This document shows, one piece after another, positions 61,632-64,000 of a stretch of DNA of 64,000 bases. The position numbers and the translations under genes are program-made. The notes under the pieces are model-generated. The model saw nothing but the letters and a program-made list of their open reading frames with translations. It was not told the DNA's origin and did no database searches. The stretch comes from an uncultured Chloroflexia bacterium (lineage in GTDB: Bacteria > Chloroflexota > Anaerolineae > Caldilineales > Caldilineaceae), in NCBI GenBank assembly GCA_963821815.1, contig CAWGFG010000005.1, positions 26,956 to 90,955 on the forward strand, read 5' to 3'. Each line of letters starts with the position of its first letter. Position 1 is the first letter of the stretch.

Positions 61632-63560
61632 ATGAACACAAGGAAACCGAAAAGAGCAAGCATACTTTCTTCGACAGCCGGTTTGTGCGCTATGGAATCA
61701 TATCCCTTATTGCACTTGTCGTCGTCATTGTGGTTGGCCGGGCGCTGCAAGTACAGTCCGCTGCCAAGAGCGAAGTCGACGAGACTGTGCAGCTGACAAA
61801 GTACGTGCCTGCTTCTCAAGCAGATCAGGCCGTCCCGTCGCCCGCATACCTCACGAAGACTGAAAGCGAGAGTTCGACCGCCGATTCAGACACGGCAATC
61901 GCATCGGAACCCGTGACAGCCTCTGCCACAGAGGTTCGCCCTACTCCACAAGTAGGTCGGACCCAGAATCAACGTTGCTGTCGCAAGCGCAATCAGCTGG
62001 CGCCGCCGAATCAGATGCAGCAATTGCATACCAAGACCTCGTCTCCATCGTAGTGGCTAGAGAAGCGACTCTGCACGACACGCCTGAAGGAAACGTTTCT
62101 CAACCCATTGAACTGGGCGCTGAGTTTATGGCAACGGGCAGGACGGCAGATGGGCAATGGATCTATGGTCGAATGAGCTCGGGCGCCGTAGGGTGGATGC
62201 ATGTCAACCACATCACGATATTCAATGAAGAGTATTTACGTGTCATGGAGGAGAGTCTCAACCCTGCGCTGGAACCTGACGAGGCTGTGCCGTCCTCGGT
62301 GGAACTCTGGCTGCAGACCCTCCGCTTGCTGAGCCTGGCGGTCAAACCGCAACGGCGACGGTGTCGCTGACTGATTCACGCCTCAATATTCGGACGGGGC
62401 CGAGTACGCTGTACCCAGTCGTGTCCAAAGCGTATCCCGGCGATCGTTTCCCAGCGCTGGGCCGCAATGATGCCAGGATCCTGGGTACTGGTCGCACTGC
62501 CGGACCGATCGCGGCGCCTCGGCATGGGTTGCTGCTGAATACGTGGATCTGTCGATACCCCTTCGCGACCTGCCGGCGTCGCAGCCGGACGGAGAGTCCG
62601 CCGGAAGCAAGTGCCGCGGTTCAGTATCCCGTTGCGACTGCCGCCAGAGCGGAACCAACGGCTCTGCGAGGAACACTCTTTTTCAGGACGGCGTCTCCGA
62701 TACACTGTATGTGGTTGAGCTCGAAAATGGATCCTTGCGCAGACTCACCGACGGTCTCGATCCATCGCTGAGCCCCGATGGGCGTACGGTGGCGTTTGTC
62801 GCGAGGGCGGCGAGCACGGCATCTATACGATTGGAATCGACGGCAGCAATGAGCGCAAGATATTCAGCGGACGGGAGCAATTGCGTGCGCCAGCCTGGAG
62901 TCCCGATGGAGACCACATTGCATTCAGTTTCTTGAAAGGAAGCTATGATTGCCGTGAGGTAGGGATGGGCATTTGCTATCCGGACAACAATCCATTCCTC
63001 AAAAGCTTTCCCGCCGGCAGCCAGCCTCTCTATGGCCTGAGCATAATTGATATCAACGGCGAAAACTATCGCGACCTGCCGACTTTGGAATCGGCCCAGG
63101 CACCCCACTGGGGTTCGGGAGGTATCGTTTACGGTGCAGATAAGGGAATCGAGATTGTCGGCAGTGAACCGCCGGACGATGAGACTCGCCAAGTCGTCAG
63201 CAGATACGCTTATCAAGATCCTGCCTGGCAACCCGGTGGCGATCGGATCGTGTTCCAAAGCCGCGAGGGGACTCACTGGGAATCTTCGCCGTCAACGCCG
63301 ATGGCAGCCAGTTGACGCCACTGACCCGGCCCGCAACAACGCTAGTGGATGAATTGCCGCACAATGTCGCGCCGAACTGGAGCCCAGATGGGAAACTCGT
63401 TCTGTTTCTAAGCAGTCGCGACAGTGACAATGAACACGGTGCATGGCGGCTGTGGGTCATGGATGCGGACGGCAGCAACCAGCGCCCGCTGTCCATTGAA
63501 ATCCCGCTAGACTACCAGTACGCACAGGACAGATGGCGAGTTGGGGGATTAGCTCCAGTT
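61632..63560 (+). pseudogene. membrane-anchored SH3b-SH3b-PD40 (TolB-like beta-propeller) protein, shattered over about six frames
   Basis: TM anchor (IISLIALVVVIVVG). SH3b-like ATLHDTPEGN...GQWIYGRMSSGAVGWMHV and RLNIRTGPST.YPV. PD40 repeats (SPDGRTVAF, WSPDGDHIAF, WQPGGDRIVF, WSPDGKLVLF..WVMDADGSN). The 3' end is uncertain. Confidence 0.7.
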
Positions 63561-63670
63561 CCCTTTAACCCACTTTACTGCCCGGTACCTGTATCTGTTG
63601 CGCCAAAGCCGACATATCGTGCAACCGCTGGAGTAAGACCAGGATCGGAGAATATCACAATCGCACAAGG

Positions 63671-64000
63671 CTACCGTTTCAGACTGCTGCGGAAGAAACT
63701 TAACGAGCGCATTACGGCAGCGGGGCCAACGCCGTTCGCCTGCTTCATTTGGTTGACGAATGCCGCGCGGGCTTCTGTAAAATCGGCCAGCCGACCCGAC
63801 TTTACCTGGTTGATCGCCACTTCGTAGATGGGGCCGTCGCTCATTTCGCCTGAAACGGGAGCGCCTGCGCGTCCAGGTGGATATAGCTGGTCAAAGGCGG
63901 ATAGTCGTTGATGAACGGCATCAGTCCGGCCCACGAACTCCTGATCCTGGGCAATGGCGGCGAAGGCGTCGACGCTCTCATAGACGGTCATGCCTACCAC
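63671..64000 (-). CDS. hypothetical protein, C-terminal part (gene continues right of the window)
   Basis: The frame is open to the window edge. Protein-like sequence ...YESVDAFAAIAQDQEFVGRTDAVHQRL...IYEVAINQVKSGRLADFTEARAAFVNQMKQ may be an ABM/dimeric alpha-beta-barrel-like fold. Confidence 0.4.
   Translation of the reverse strand: MVGMTVYESVDAFAAIAQDQEFVGRTDAVHQRLSAFDQLYPPGRAGAPVSGEMSDGPIYEVAINQVKSGRLADFTEARAAFVNQMKQANGVGPAAVMRSLSFFRSSLKR

Noticed and set aside
1-64000. Retron, DGR or other reverse-transcriptase-based system associated with the intron or the repeats
   Set aside because: No reading frame in the window contains reverse-transcriptase motifs (no YxDD-type domain).

Overview
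This window is a mosaic accessory region saturated with mobile elements, from a bacterial chromosome of moderate-to-high GC. I cannot assign a taxon; the style resembles very large, IS-rich genomes, but that is only an impression.

I saw no rRNA genes, convincing tRNA genes or CRISPR arrays.

Main contents:
1. Insertion sequences or their remnants from at least eight families: ISL3 (two), IS200/IS605 with TnpA and TnpB (one near-complete, one internally deleted, one stump), IS701, IS3, IS110 (one apparently intact, one stump), IS21, IS1182, and fragments resembling IS630 and an rve integrase core.
2. Five type II toxin-antitoxin loci: MNT/HEPN, RelE/Phd (two copies), VapC/Phd and PIN/Phd, plus a duplicated PIN 3' end at the window edge.
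3. An apparently ORF-less group II intron RNA with textbook domains V and VI.
4. A sugar-acid cluster resembling the non-phosphorylative L-fucose route. Its downstream genes look intact, while the first two steps are pseudogenes.
5. A secreted parallel beta-helix / PKD protein of about 1,665 aa, split by a single extra base.
6. Two diverged, decayed copies of a two-gene terminase-like module. In both, the large-terminase P-loop is interrupted by an intein at the same site. One copy carries a complete 177-aa mini-intein.
7. A 2.6-kb composite unit carrying an IS21 stub, RelE/Phd and IS605 tnpA-tnpB. It is bounded on both sides by the same right-end-type hairpin and is present twice with identical ends.

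A large share of the coding sequence is interrupted by frameshifts, nonsense codons or IS insertions. Every frameshift I could place to the nucleotide is a single extra T on the coding strand. Pseudogene calls that rest on one frameshift therefore need read-level confirmation.
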